35,907 nt of DNA from Candidatus Saccharimonadales bacterium (GCA_035646675.1 DASROX010000025.1:1-35907), one strand, 5' to 3'. Positions 15,985-26,355 are shown, numbered from the stretch's first letter. Made by a program: numbers and translations. The notes: generated from the sequence alone by a model not told the origin.

Positions 15985-18393
15985 TTAGAACAATCCTAAT
16001 AAACCACGTCTTTTTCGTAATTGCTTTTCTTTTTTATTAATCGCAATTGTAGTTGAAATAACGGAATCGGGATTTAAAGATAAACTATCAATTCCCTGCT
16101 CCACTAAAAACTCAGCAAAATCTGGAAAATCGCTTGGACCCTGACCACAAATACCAACCTTACGTTTATTTTTCTTAGCAATCACGATTAAATTTTTAAT
16201 CAAAATTTTAACCGCTTCGTTCCTTTCATCAGAACTGCCGGCAATTTCCAGAGTTCCAGTAGAGTCTCTATCTATGCCTAAGGTGAGTTGCGTTAAATCA
16301 TTGGAGCCAATAGAGAAGCCATCAAAAATATGACAGAACTTATCGGCTAAAATTATATTAGCCGGAATTTCCGCCATCATATAAACTTCTAAACCATTTT
16401 GACCACGCTTTAAACCATTAGCCGCCATAATTTCTAAGACTTTACGACCTTCTTCAATCGTGCGACAGAATGGAATCATGACTTTAAGATTGTTGAGTTT
16501 CATTTTCTCTCTCACAATTTTTATAGCCTGGCATTCTAACTTGAAGGCTGGTAAAAATATTTTAGAATAATAACGACTAGCACCCCGAAAGCCAATCATC
16601 GGGTTGGATTCTACTGGCTCATAGGCTTTACCACCGATTAAATTAGCATATTCATTGCTTTTAAAATCACTTAGCCGGAAAATAACGTCTTTTGGGTAAA
16701 AGGCCGCCGCAATCATACCCATACCCTGAGCTAAGCGGTCAATAAAGAATTGTTTCTTATCTTCATAGCCAATCGTTAACTTATCAATCGCTTTTTTTGC
16801 CGCTTGATCAGCCAGCTTCTTATAATTAATAAGCGCGAGCGGGTGAATCTTAATGTAATTATTAATAATAAACTCTAATCTTGCCAAACCAACACCATCA
16901 TTAGGAATAAAAGAATTTAAGAAAGCTTTATCTGGCTCGCCAATATTCAACATGATTTTAGTTTTTGGCTTCTTTAAATCCTTAATATCCACCGTCTCTA
17001 AACGGAAAGGAACTAGACCTTCATAAACATAACCGGATTCCCCCTCAGCACAGCTAACGGTAACTTTTTTACCACTCTTAATTATTTTAGAACCGGATTT
17101 TGTACCAACAACACAAGGGATACCTAATTCACGAGAAACAATCGCCGCGTGACAGGTTCGTCCACCTTTATCAGTTACAATTGCCGAAGCAATTTTCATA
17201 ATCGGCTCCCAATCTGGATCAGTCATATCAGTTACTAATACTTGACCCGGTTTAAATTTAGAAATATCTTTAATGCTCATCATGCGATTAGCAATCCCGG
17301 CACCAATTTTATTACCAACACTTTGGCCGGCAATAATTAGTTTGCCTTTTTTGTCTAAATGATAGCGTTCAATCACGTTTTTATCATGAATGCTTTGAAC
17401 AGTTTCTGGCCGTGCCTGAATTATAAATAGCTCGTTAGTTCGTCCATCTAAAGCCCATTCAATATCCATCGGACGCTTGTAGTGTTCTTCAATAATCATT
17501 CCCCACTGCGCCAATTGGATAACCTGCTTGTCAGTAATGGATTGTTTTAGTCTATCAACGGCAGAAACGGGAATATTTTTAACTGGCGTTTTGCCTTTTA
17601 AGTCATAAATCATTTTCTTGTCTTTTTGGCCAATGCTCTTAGAAATTATGGCTCCAGTTGGTTTGAAAAAATAAAATTCATCAGGATTTACTTGACCCTG
17701 GACAATGTTTTCACCCAAGCCATAAATCGAATTAATTAAAACCGCATTTTTAAAGCCAGATTCCGTATCAAGCGTAAACATTACGCCAGAAGAGCCTAAA
17801 TCAGAACGAACCATTTTTTGAACGCCGACCGAAAGCGCAATTGAAAAGTGATCAAACTTTTTATCTACCCGATAAGAAATGGCGCGGTTCGTAAATAAAG
17901 AAGCAATACATTTTTTAACCGCCAACAATAAATCTTTGGCGCCGGTAACATTTAAAAAGGTTTCTTGCTGTCCGGCGAAGGAAGCATCAGGCAAATCTTC
18001 TGCCGTAGCACTAGAACGAACAGCAACATCAGTTTTCTGAGATTTATAATGAGAAGAGAGTTCCTGGTAAGCGCTAACAACTTCAGCTTCAAAATCTTTG
18101 GGGAAAGGAGTAGCAATAATCAATTTTCTAATTTCATCGCCCCGCTTAATTAAATCATTCATGTTATGAGTGTCCAAACCCTTAAGAATTTTTTTAATTT
18201 TATTTTTTAAATCAGCGGAATCAAAAAAATAACGATAAGAATCGGCAGTAGTAGCAAAACCATTGGGGACCCGCAGGCCTTTTTCAACGAGAGTGCCATA
18301 CATTTCTCCTAAAGAAGCATTTTTACCGCCAACTTGAGGGACGTCTTTAATAGAAACTTCACTAAAAAATTTAACAAATTTATTTTTAACCAT
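15985..18393 (-). CDS. ppsA: Phosphoenolpyruvate synthase (pyruvate, water dikinase)
   Basis: Phospho-His motif GGRTCHAAIVSRELGIPCVVG, an ATP-grasp N-terminus and a PEP-utilising C-terminal TIM domain (GSNDLTQ). Start taken at MVKNKF (18393), giving an E. coli-like length. Confidence 0.9.
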   Translation of the reverse strand: MVKNKFVKFFSEVSIKDVPQVGGKNASLGEMYGTLVEKGLRVPNGFATTADSYRYFFDSADLKNKIKKILKGLDTHNMNDLIKRGDEIRKLIIATPFPKDFEAEVVSAYQELSSHYKSQKTDVAVRSSATAEDLPDASFAGQQETFLNVTGAKDLLLAVKKCIASLFTNRAISYRVDKKFDHFSIALSVGVQKMVRSDLGSSGVMFTLDTESGFKNAVLINSIYGLGENIVQGQVNPDEFYFFKPTGAIISKSIGQKDKKMIYDLKGKTPVKNIPVSAVDRLKQSITDKQVIQLAQWGMIIEEHYKRPMDIEWALDGRTNELFIIQARPETVQSIHDKNVIERYHLDKKGKLIIAGQSVGNKIGAGIANRMMSIKDISKFKPGQVLVTDMTDPDWEPIMKIASAIVTDKGGRTCHAAIVSRELGIPCVVGTKSGSKIIKSGKKVTVSCAEGESGYVYEGLVPFRLETVDIKDLKKPKTKIMLNIGEPDKAFLNSFIPNDGVGLARLEFIINNYIKIHPLALINYKKLADQAAKKAIDKLTIGYEDKKQFFIDRLAQGMGMIAAAFYPKDVIFRLSDFKSNEYANLIGGKAYEPVESNPMIGFRGASRYYSKIFLPAFKLECQAIKIVREKMKLNNLKVMIPFCRTIEEGRKVLEIMAANGLKRGQNGLEVYMMAEIPANIILADKFCHIFDGFSIGSNDLTQLTLGIDRDSTGTLEIAGSSDERNEAVKILIKNLIVIAKKNKRKVGICGQGPSDFPDFAEFLVEQGIDSLSLNPDSVISTTIAINKKEKQLRKRRGLLGLF

Positions 18394-18483
18394 AAAAAAG
18401 AGACTTAATATTTTTTTATTTTTTATAAGTTCATTATAACACAATCTTTACTTTATAAAAATAATCATTTAATATAAAAATAT

Positions 18484-18568
18484 GCGGACGTGGCGAAACT
18501 GGTAGACGCACTAGCCTTAGGAGCTAGCGGGGCAACTCTTGAGAGTTCGAGTCTCTCCGTCCGCACCA
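18484..18568 (+). tRNA. tRNA-Leu (anticodon UAG), CCA encoded
   Basis: Acceptor gcggacg/cgtccgc, anticodon arm ctagc-cttagga-gctag, long variable arm, T arm gagag-ttcgagt-ctctc, then A-CCA. Confidence 0.9.
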
Positions 18569-18589
18569 ATAATAGACATAAATAATAAG

Positions 18590-18620
18590 AAAACAGCATC
18601 CTCAGGGCGCTGTTTTTTTT
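18590..18620 (+). terminator. Intrinsic terminator after tRNA-Leu
   Basis: aaacagc / gctgttt stem followed by a T8 run. Confidence 0.6.
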
Positions 18621-18653
18621 GCCAACTAGCTATAAACTTGATAAACTTGAGGT

Positions 18654-19481
18654 ATGATAAATTGGCTTCACACTTTTTTACCCCAAGCAACTATATTTAA
18701 CTGGGGACCGCTTACGCTTCATTGGTATGGCTTATTTATTGTCCTCGGAATAATAGCCGCCATGCTAATTAGCTTCCAGCTAGGGAAAAAATATTACCAA
18801 ACTTCTCAAAATGATATTTTTGATTTAGCCTTTTGGTTAATTATTGGCGGCGTTATCGGGGCACGCGTTTATGATGTCTTGCTGCAAATTCCTTATTATC
18901 TAAACCATCCCTGGCAAGTATTTGCTGTGTGGCGTGGTGGTTTAGCTATCCACGGCTCAATTATCGCCGGTCTAATCATTATTTTCTTTTTCGCCCGTAC
19001 TAAAAAAATAAACTTCTTTAAACTTACCGCCCTACTGGTCCCCGGTCTCGCCTTAGGACAGGCTATCGGTCGTTTTGGCAATTACTTTAACCAAGAAATT
19101 TTCGGCTTACCAACCAGTCTTCCTTGGGGGATTCCAATTAATATTCTAAATCGTCCGATTGATTATGTAGCCTTCCAATATTTTCACCCCACCTTCTTAT
19201 ACGAAAGCTTGGGCTCATTGTTAATCTTTGGCCTTCTTTATTTATTAACTATCCGGCTAGGGAAAAAACAAAAATTAAACATTGGTGCTTATATTTGGCT
19301 GACGGCTTCTTATATGATATTATACTCTCTGCTAAGATTCTTACTAGAATTTATTCGTTTAGACTATGCGCCAATTTTTTTGAATCTCCGTTTTCCCCAA
19401 GTTATGAGTCTATTTATCATTCTAGTATCCTTTTTGTTATTAACTATAAAAAATCATGTTTTTGTTCCAAAACAAAAATAA
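18654..19481 (+). CDS. lgt: Prolipoprotein diacylglyceryl transferase
   Basis: HWYGLFIVLG, GGVIGARVYD, WRGGLAIHGSIIAG, GQAIGRFGNYFNQEIFG. Confidence 0.9.
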   Translation: MINWLHTFLPQATIFNWGPLTLHWYGLFIVLGIIAAMLISFQLGKKYYQTSQNDIFDLAFWLIIGGVIGARVYDVLLQIPYYLNHPWQVFAVWRGGLAIHGSIIAGLIIIFFFARTKKINFFKLTALLVPGLALGQAIGRFGNYFNQEIFGLPTSLPWGIPINILNRPIDYVAFQYFHPTFLYESLGSLLIFGLLYLLTIRLGKKQKLNIGAYIWLTASYMILYSLLRFLLEFIRLDYAPIFLNLRFPQVMSLFIILVSFLLLTIKNHVFVPKQK

Positions 19482-20637
19482 AAGTAACCGGATTCGCCGC
19501 GATATAGTATATGTCATGGGCTTTATTTTGGCAGTTTCTGTCGCCCTGCCAGCTTATATCCAGTCTAGTTTTTTAAAACAGTATATAAGTTTAGAACTTT
19601 TAAGTTTATTTTTTGTGGTCACCAACATCGCCACCGCCTCAATAATTGGTTTCTTTCCTTTGGTAATTAAAAAACTAAGTAACTACTTTACTACGAAAAT
19701 AACAATCACGATTTATGGCTTATCTTTATTGGGATTAGCCTTAATCACCAATGCTTTCTGGGTTATTCTTTTATTTTTGTTATTTGTTATTAGTTACAAT
19801 CTCCTTTTGATAAACCTGGACATTTTATTAGAAGATGCTTCGGTTGATAGTAAAACCGGTAGAATTAGAACCTTATACCTGAGCTTATGTAACCTCGGCT
19901 GGATAATGGCGCCCTTAGCTTCAGCTTACTTAGTAATCAGCGGCGGCTATGCTTTGCCGTTTCTAATCTCAGCCGCACTGATGATACCACTATTTGCCAT
20001 TGCCCTCTTTCAAAAAAGAAATTTAAAAATTACCAAAAAATATAAACATAGGAAGCTGATTAAGAGTTTTAAAAAATTATGGAAGAATAAAAATTTAAAA
20101 GGAGTCTTTATTGTGGCCACCTTATTGCAACTATTTTATAGTGGAGCGGTTATTTATATTCCAATCTATTTAAACCAAAATTTAGGAATCCCCTGGAGTT
20201 CTTTAGGCTGGATGTTTGCCGTTATGCTTTTACCCTTCGCTATTTTTGAATTTCCGGCTGGATACTTGGCCGATAAGTATGTTGGCGAAAAGGAAATAAT
20301 GAAGCTAGGGCTATTTATTCTGTTTATTTCTTTAGTTCTTTTCTTCTTTATTGAAGTATCAACGCCTTGGATTTGGGCAGCCGCTCTATTTCTAAGTAGA
20401 ATCGGGGCCGCCTTAGTAGAATCCATGCGTGATACTTATTTTTTCAAAAATGTAAATGCCAAAGAAGTTGGTATTATAAATATTTTTCGCATGACCGGCC
20501 CCCTAGGTTATATTGTTGGCGCGGCGGCCGGCGCCTTCTTCCTTATCTTCTTACCCCTTAATTATCTATTCTTAATCTTTGCAATTATTCTAGTCCCTGG
20601 CTTCTACTACATCTCATTAATTAAAGATACTAAATAA
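19456..20637 (+). CDS. MFS-type transporter
   Basis: About 12 hydrophobic segments in 6+6 topology with a basic central loop (KRNLKITKKYKHRK). The ATG at 19456 overlaps the lgt end by 26 nt; an alternative ATG is at 19516. Confidence 0.6.
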   Translation: MFLFQNKNKSNRIRRDIVYVMGFILAVSVALPAYIQSSFLKQYISLELLSLFFVVTNIATASIIGFFPLVIKKLSNYFTTKITITIYGLSLLGLALITNAFWVILLFLLFVISYNLLLINLDILLEDASVDSKTGRIRTLYLSLCNLGWIMAPLASAYLVISGGYALPFLISAALMIPLFAIALFQKRNLKITKKYKHRKLIKSFKKLWKNKNLKGVFIVATLLQLFYSGAVIYIPIYLNQNLGIPWSSLGWMFAVMLLPFAIFEFPAGYLADKYVGEKEIMKLGLFILFISLVLFFFIEVSTPWIWAAALFLSRIGAALVESMRDTYFFKNVNAKEVGIINIFRMTGPLGYIVGAAAGAFFLIFLPLNYLFLIFAIILVPGFYYISLIKDTK

Positions 20638-20657
20638 ACATACCTTTGAAAGCCTGA

Positions 20658-20686
20658 TTGACTTTAAAGACATTTTTTTATAAGAT
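20658..20686 (+). promoter_or_regulatory. Promoter upstream of tRNA-Gly
   Basis: TTGACT (20658-20663), 17-nt spacer, TAAGAT (20681-20686). Confidence 0.5.
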
Positions 20687-20708
20687 AATAAGCGTGCTAG
20701 TATATCAG

Positions 20709-20780
20709 GCGGGTATCGTATAATGGCTTTTATATCAGCCTTCCAAGCTGAGGATAGGGGTTCGATTCCCCTTACCCGCT
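20709..20780 (+). tRNA. tRNA-Gly (anticodon UCC), no encoded CCA
   Basis: Acceptor gcgggta/tacccgc, anticodon arm tcagc-cttccaa-gctga, T arm agggg-ttcgatt-cccct. Confidence 0.9.
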
Positions 20781-20788
20781 CACTTAAT

Positions 20789-21877
20789 ATGAAATATCTT
20801 TTCTTTGTCCAGACCGATGGCCGCGGACACATGACCCAGGCCATAACTCTTAAAGAGAAGTTAGAAAAAAATGGCCACACAGTCATTGGGCTAGTGGTCG
20901 GCTCTGATAAACATAAAAAACTACCAGTTTTCTTCACGGAACAATTTTCTTGTCCGTTTTTTGATTTAGAAAGTCCTAAATTTTTAGTCAAAAAAAACAG
21001 TAAAGGCATAAAAATCATCGCTAGCTTTTTTTATACAATCTATAGACTGCCGATCTATCTTACTTCCATCTGGCAGGTAAAAAAAATAGTTAACAATTTA
21101 CAACCAGATGCTCTAATTAATTTCTACGAGCCACTCGCCGGAAATTATTATCGCTTCTTTGGTCGTCACCGACCAATGTTTTGTTTAGGGCATCAATTTT
21201 TTATAAACCATCCCTCATTTAAAGATAAGGAAATAAACATGATGGACCGTTTGTTTTTTCAATTTTATAATTATCTAACCGCGGGCTCACATTCTATTAA
21301 AATTGCCCTATCTTTCACACTGGAACCAGATTTAAAGAAAAAAAATCTTTTTGTTTGTCCGCCATTAATACGAACAGTTATAAAAAATGGTCAGCCCCGC
21401 AATAATGGCTTCATCCTGGCCTACATATTAATGGCTGGTTACTCTGAAGAAATAATCACCTGGAGCAAGCAACATCCAAATTATCAAGTTGAGGCTTTTT
21501 GGGACAAGTCTGAACAAGCCGAAACTCATTTCGGCAAAAATCTAACTTTTCATTATTTAAACGGCCAAAAATTTATTGAATGCCTGACAAACTGCTCCGC
21601 TTATGTCTCCACTGGGGGCTTTGACTCGATTGCTGAGGCAGCTTATTTACAAAAAAATATTCTGATGATTCCTACTAAAAATCATTTTGAACAAAAAAGT
21701 AATGCGGCTGACGCGAAAAGAGCGGGAATTGCTATCAGCGCTGATTATTTTAATATTTCGCTTATTACTGGTCAACAACAAAAAACCCATTCTCTTGAAG
21801 CTTTACGTCGCTTTAAAGAATGGGTTGATAACTATGATGATAAAATAATTAATATTTTAGAAAACAAACACATTTAA
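20789..21877 (+). CDS. GT-B glycosyltransferase, GT28/MurG-like C-terminal domain
   Basis: The ATG at 20789 (MKYLFFVQTDGRGHMTQA) lies 8 nt after the tRNA-Gly; the longer ORF-track start would read through the tRNA. C-terminus STGGFDSIAEAAYLQKNILMIPTKNHFEQKSNA resembles the MurG/UgtP nucleotide-sugar site. Confidence 0.6.
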   Translation: MKYLFFVQTDGRGHMTQAITLKEKLEKNGHTVIGLVVGSDKHKKLPVFFTEQFSCPFFDLESPKFLVKKNSKGIKIIASFFYTIYRLPIYLTSIWQVKKIVNNLQPDALINFYEPLAGNYYRFFGRHRPMFCLGHQFFINHPSFKDKEINMMDRLFFQFYNYLTAGSHSIKIALSFTLEPDLKKKNLFVCPPLIRTVIKNGQPRNNGFILAYILMAGYSEEIITWSKQHPNYQVEAFWDKSEQAETHFGKNLTFHYLNGQKFIECLTNCSAYVSTGGFDSIAEAAYLQKNILMIPTKNHFEQKSNAADAKRAGIAISADYFNISLITGQQQKTHSLEALRRFKEWVDNYDDKIINILENKHI

Positions 21878-21893
21878 TTATTTTAAACTAAAA

Positions 21894-22946
21894 TTATTTA
21901 AATAATTGGGAAGCGATTCGCCAATATTCCGGGTTGCCAAATTTTTTCTGGAAATACCACCATTCCGACCCCCAAAAATAAATTCGTTCCGGTTTTAAAT
22001 TAATCGCATACTGAATATTAGCTTTAAATTGATCGATACTCATCGATTTTTTTATTTGTTTTTCAGTTAACTGCTTCATATCACCTTTTGCCACCCAAGG
22101 TTCTGTCTGCAACTCAACAATCATAAAATTCTCCGGTTTTATGCCAGCCCATTTTGTCTTTAATTTATAATAAGAAGTAGGAAGTGGATATTTCAAAAAA
22201 CCAAACCAACTATTATAGACCGTACGATATAAAGTGCTGCCAAAAATATCTCCAATTTTAGCCTCTTTAGTCCAAGTGCCAAGTTCTCCCGAAGCGGTAA
22301 TAATAACTTTTCGATTATCAAGTGATTTAACTAGCGCTATTTCTTGTTCAAGAAATCCGGAATCAGAAGCTGGACAAACCCCAAAAGTTCCTAAAAAAGC
22401 TTCATTTTCTACCTGCCAATATTCAATGCTAGGATTATTCTTATAGCGATTAATGACTTCTTTAATCATTTCCACGGTAGCTACTCTAGCACCAATATCA
22501 CTTTTTAAATTTATCCAAGCCGGTGCGTGACATTCTGGCCAGCGTGGTATCCGCCGACCAACGCTAATAATAAATTTAACATTACGCTTGGCCCCTTCGG
22601 CAAAAATATAATCATAATCAGAAAAATCATAAGTACCTTCAATTTTTTCAATTTCATCCCAATACACTGGAATGCGAATTTGTTTTACCCCCAGCTCATC
22701 AAGCGTAGCTAGATAAACCTCCTTCCAATCTAAGCCTAATTCCTTAGAAAACTTAGTTGAAAAAGTTGTTCCAAAAAGACTAGAATCGGCTTGCAAATTT
22801 ATATCTTTAGGATAATGATGAGCAATTTTAAAAATATAGATTAAAAATAATACTAAGAGCCCTAATCCAATAAACCAAATCATAGATTTAAGTTTTGGTT
22901 TCTTTTGTTTATTCTCCGGAGAACTATTGGTTTGATAATTAGGCAT
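21894..22946 (-). CDS. Membrane-anchored clan GH-A (TIM-barrel) glycoside hydrolase
   Basis: N-terminal TM, IRIPVYWDEIE, and YWQVENEAF (the Asn-Glu acid/base motif typical of GH5/GH42-type enzymes). Confidence 0.55.
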   Translation of the reverse strand: MPNYQTNSSPENKQKKPKLKSMIWFIGLGLLVLFLIYIFKIAHHYPKDINLQADSSLFGTTFSTKFSKELGLDWKEVYLATLDELGVKQIRIPVYWDEIEKIEGTYDFSDYDYIFAEGAKRNVKFIISVGRRIPRWPECHAPAWINLKSDIGARVATVEMIKEVINRYKNNPSIEYWQVENEAFLGTFGVCPASDSGFLEQEIALVKSLDNRKVIITASGELGTWTKEAKIGDIFGSTLYRTVYNSWFGFLKYPLPTSYYKLKTKWAGIKPENFMIVELQTEPWVAKGDMKQLTEKQIKKSMSIDQFKANIQYAINLKPERIYFWGSEWWYFQKKFGNPEYWRIASQLFK

Positions 22947-22966
22947 ACTTTATAAATTGGAATTAA

Positions 22967-23911
22967 TTAAGATGAAGATATAGTTAAAAAATATAAACCG
23001 AGGGCAATAATAAAAACGGCGGCGAATTTATGAAAAACTATTCGCCAAGAAAAAGTTTCTTTTAAAAGTTTAGGGGCCAACGCCGCCAAAATAGCACTGA
23101 TTACTAATAAAAAGGCATATTGTACACCCTGAAGAGCATTAACAATGGCCACTGATCCTAGAAAAATAGCGTAATTTTGTAAAATAAAGCCCGAAGCTCC
23201 TAAAGCTTGATTAAAAATAACTAAGCTCTTACTTTTATTAGGACTGGATTTTTTAAATAAGTTGGAAATTGCTTGACGGTCTTTACGATTAAATAAAAAT
23301 AACATGACAAATAAGGCGGCGCCGATTCGGTTCCAAACAAAAGCGCTTAAAAACGGTTGATCAGCATAAGCATATTTAGTGGCAATAAAATAGCTGGAAT
23401 AAGCGAAAGCCGACAACAAAGCAAACAATAATCCGCTTTTATTAAGATTAACTTGAAGCTTTAATTTATTCATTACGCGTGTTAAAAAACTTCTTTCCTG
23501 AGGTAAAAAAGCAATTACCAAGACTCCCAATAAAAGAAAAAACATTCCTAGCCACTTATTAAGCGAGTAAGTTTCCTTGAAGAACAAAATAGAGAAGGCA
23601 ATAGAAAAAATGGGTGTTAAGCCGCCAATAAAAACTAAAATTCTGGCCGCCTCGCCTCTTCTTAAAGCTTCATAAAGAAACCAGAGCGCCATCGCGAAAA
23701 TGGCTCCAGTAAATAAATTAAAGAAAAATAAAAAAGCTCCTGGCCATTTCAAAAACCAAGGAGCAATTAAAATAATAATAGCGCCTAAAGTACAAGCGAC
23801 AAAGGCATAAGCTTTACTATTTTTTAAAACATTATCTACTAAAAATTTATCCAGCAGATTAGCAACAGCTAAAAATAGATAAGCGCTAAGCGCTACCGGC
23901 AACCAAGTCAT
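22967..23911 (-). CDS. EamA/DMT family transporter
   Basis: Ten hydrophobic segments as a 5+5 repeat, typical length and layout. Confidence 0.7.
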   Translation of the reverse strand: MTWLPVALSAYLFLAVANLLDKFLVDNVLKNSKAYAFVACTLGAIIILIAPWFLKWPGAFLFFFNLFTGAIFAMALWFLYEALRRGEAARILVFIGGLTPIFSIAFSILFFKETYSLNKWLGMFFLLLGVLVIAFLPQERSFLTRVMNKLKLQVNLNKSGLLFALLSAFAYSSYFIATKYAYADQPFLSAFVWNRIGAALFVMLFLFNRKDRQAISNLFKKSSPNKSKSLVIFNQALGASGFILQNYAIFLGSVAIVNALQGVQYAFLLVISAILAALAPKLLKETFSWRIVFHKFAAVFIIALGLYFLTISSS

Positions 23912-23914
23912 AAG

Positions 23915-25192
23915 CTATTTTTTCTTTAATAATATTTTTTCTATCGCGTAAGCCCCTAAACTATTAGCATTTAAAAAACCGTCTACCGCGGCTCGGGCCA
24001 AACGTCCGGAGGCTAGTAAATCAGGCAACCATTCATCCACAAATTCCGCTTCAGGACTATCAATACCCGCACCAATATTGAGCAACCATTCACGATTAAA
24101 ATCCTCTTGGCTACCAACCGGGGATGACATAATAATTGGCAAACCCAGAGCGGCATAAAAAGATAATTCCGAAGGTTTAGTCCAAAGAATGTCGGTTTCT
24201 CGGAGAGCTAAATTAAATATCTTAAAATATTTTAATTTATCGGGAGCAAATATTATTTTGACGCCACTCCCCTCTTTTAATTGATTTTTTTTGATATTCT
24301 CTTGAAAATAATTTTTAATCTCAGAGCGATTACCAGCAACTAAATTAAAATTAATTTTTTTAGCTTTAATGCTTGGTGTTAATTTTTTTAATATTAAAGC
24401 GCCGATTTCTTTTTGCGCTCCCGCGCCACCAACTGCAAACATCAAAGTCAAAGGGCGTTTGGTTTTATCCTGTTTAAAATTAAACGAAGAGAGTAGAGAT
24501 TTATAAATAGTTGAATAGTTTCCGGATGGATCAAGCCGGTTAATTCTCGCCCCCAAATCCTGTTTAATAATTTCTTGGCGCGCGCCGACATTCTCTTTAG
24601 GCAAAGGAAAACCGGAAACAATAATATTTTCCGGCCTAACTCCATACATTAAAAATCTGGTTTTAACTTTTTCACTGGGAACTAAAAATTTTGTTTTACT
24701 AAGTGCTGGCTTAAGCGGTGCCCAAGCACGCGAAGCGTCGGTGTCGCAAATAATACAATAAATATCACCTTGATAATTATGGTATTCCGCAATATAAGCA
24801 GCGACAAAAAAAGTGGTTACAAAAGGAAGCTTATTTTTATTTAATTTATCAATCAAAGTCTGGCCTAATCCTTTTTTGATAAACTTAAAAAAATATTCTT
24901 GCTGAACAGTTGGTCGCGAAAGATCGCGAAAAGGATAAAAATCATGAATCTTTTGAAAAGCGTCCATGACTGCAAATACCACCGAACCAAAAACTGGAAT
25001 TTTATTTAAACGCGAAACCTTTTCATAGGAGCGCAAGCTGTTTATCCAATATTTTTTCTCCCAGTCAGGTATTCCCGGATAATCGTTGATAGTAATTACT
25101 TCCCCGCCACTTAAATCTAACAAGGGGTAGGCGGCACGTTGGTGACCGTAACCCATATCAGCAGCGACTAAATTTATTTTTTTAAGTCCCAT
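23915..25192 (-). CDS. GT-B glycosyltransferase, MGDG-synthase/UgtP-like
   Basis: N-terminus DMGYGHQRAA. C-terminus WTKPSELSFYAALGLPIIMSSPVGSQEDFNREWLLNIGAGI resembles the GT28 C-terminal motif (GQE..N). Confidence 0.5.
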   Translation of the reverse strand: MGLKKINLVAADMGYGHQRAAYPLLDLSGGEVITINDYPGIPDWEKKYWINSLRSYEKVSRLNKIPVFGSVVFAVMDAFQKIHDFYPFRDLSRPTVQQEYFFKFIKKGLGQTLIDKLNKNKLPFVTTFFVAAYIAEYHNYQGDIYCIICDTDASRAWAPLKPALSKTKFLVPSEKVKTRFLMYGVRPENIIVSGFPLPKENVGARQEIIKQDLGARINRLDPSGNYSTIYKSLLSSFNFKQDKTKRPLTLMFAVGGAGAQKEIGALILKKLTPSIKAKKINFNLVAGNRSEIKNYFQENIKKNQLKEGSGVKIIFAPDKLKYFKIFNLALRETDILWTKPSELSFYAALGLPIIMSSPVGSQEDFNREWLLNIGAGIDSPEAEFVDEWLPDLLASGRLARAAVDGFLNANSLGAYAIEKILLKKK

Positions 25193-25237
25193 ATATAAAT
25201 AAAAATATAAAAATTAATTATATCTTTATTATAGCAG

Positions 25238-26149
25238 TTAAGCCTTCATTTGAATATATTGATAAGCCATTAAAGCGGCGGTTGTCGCCTCTCCCATGGC
25301 AATAGGAATCTGCTTGAAAGTGCAATCAGTTACATCGCCAGCGGCAAAAAGCCCAGGCGTTTTAGTCTCCATATTTTTATTTACAATAATTTGATTCTTT
25401 TCATTACGCTCAACAAATTCACCAACTAAATCAGTGCTGGCAATCCGCCCAACCTCCACAAAAACTCCATCTAGTTCTATCTCTCGCTCTAGATTAGTTT
25501 GTCTATCTAAAACAATAATTTTTTCTACCTTACCATTTCCAGAAATATTCTTTATTTCCGAATTTAAGATTATTTCCACATTCTTGCGACTCTTAACCTC
25601 ATCTAGTAAAGTATCAAAAGCCTTAAAAGCCTCATTACGATGAATAAGATAAACCTGAGAAGCTATTTTTGACATAAGTTCAGCGGCATCCAAGGCTGAG
25701 TTTCCGCCACCAATGATTGCTACGCGCTTATTTCTATAAAAAGGCCCATCGCAATTAGCACAATAAGAGACTCCTTGTCCGTTAAACTCAATCTCCCCCG
25801 GAACAGCTAAACGACGCGGCGATAATCCCATAGCTACAATTACCGTTTTAGCAGTAAAGGATTCGCGATTAGTATATAAAATAAAGGTTCCGTCGGGCGC
25901 CTTTTCAATCCGCTTAACTTCATCATCCTTAAATTCAACGCCAGCCTTCTCAGTTTGTTGTTGAATTCTTTGAATAAGTTCAAAACTTTTAATCATTTCG
26001 AATCCGGGATAATTTTCAATTTCATTAGCCCAGACTAATTGGCCGCCAACTTCTTTGCCAATGATTAAAGTTTTCATTTCCCTTCTAACCGCAAATATAC
26101 CAGCAGTCATTCCGGCGGGGCCGGATCCAATAATTATAATGTCATACAT
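25238..26149 (-). CDS. trxB: Thioredoxin-disulfide reductase
   Basis: FAD site IIGSGPAGMTA, redox CANCDG, NADPH site IIGGGNSALD, C-terminal FAAGDV. Confidence 0.9.
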   Translation of the reverse strand: MYDIIIIGSGPAGMTAGIFAVRREMKTLIIGKEVGGQLVWANEIENYPGFEMIKSFELIQRIQQQTEKAGVEFKDDEVKRIEKAPDGTFILYTNRESFTAKTVIVAMGLSPRRLAVPGEIEFNGQGVSYCANCDGPFYRNKRVAIIGGGNSALDAAELMSKIASQVYLIHRNEAFKAFDTLLDEVKSRKNVEIILNSEIKNISGNGKVEKIIVLDRQTNLEREIELDGVFVEVGRIASTDLVGEFVERNEKNQIIVNKNMETKTPGLFAAGDVTDCTFKQIPIAMGEATTAALMAYQYIQMKA

Positions 26150-26355
26150 AAAACAAGGACTACACCATTAAAACGGTGAAAAATTAATTAATGATAACTC
26201 CATTATAAAGTTTTTAAATTTTAAAAGCAAACAAAGATAATAATAAACATCTTTATTAAAAATTAATATTCTAAATAAGTAAAACTAGAAAAATAAAACA
26301 CAATAGTAACATGTTGTCCACAGCTTTCTCACAGAAATATTTTATTTAATATTAG

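Noticed and set aside
18394-18444. 17-codon N-terminal extension of ppsA
   Set aside because: The extension (MCYNELIKNKKILSLFF) has no counterpart in PpsA. The internal ATG at 18393 restores the canonical N-terminus and length.
20617-21018. 133-aa minus-strand ORF, and the plus-strand ORF start at 20723
   Set aside because: Both read through tRNA-Gly (20709-20780). The glycosyltransferase most plausibly starts at 20789.
25238-26149. TrxB redox motif CANC instead of the usual CATC
   Set aside because: This is a conservative variation between the two catalytic cysteines. All cofactor motifs are intact, so it was not pursued.
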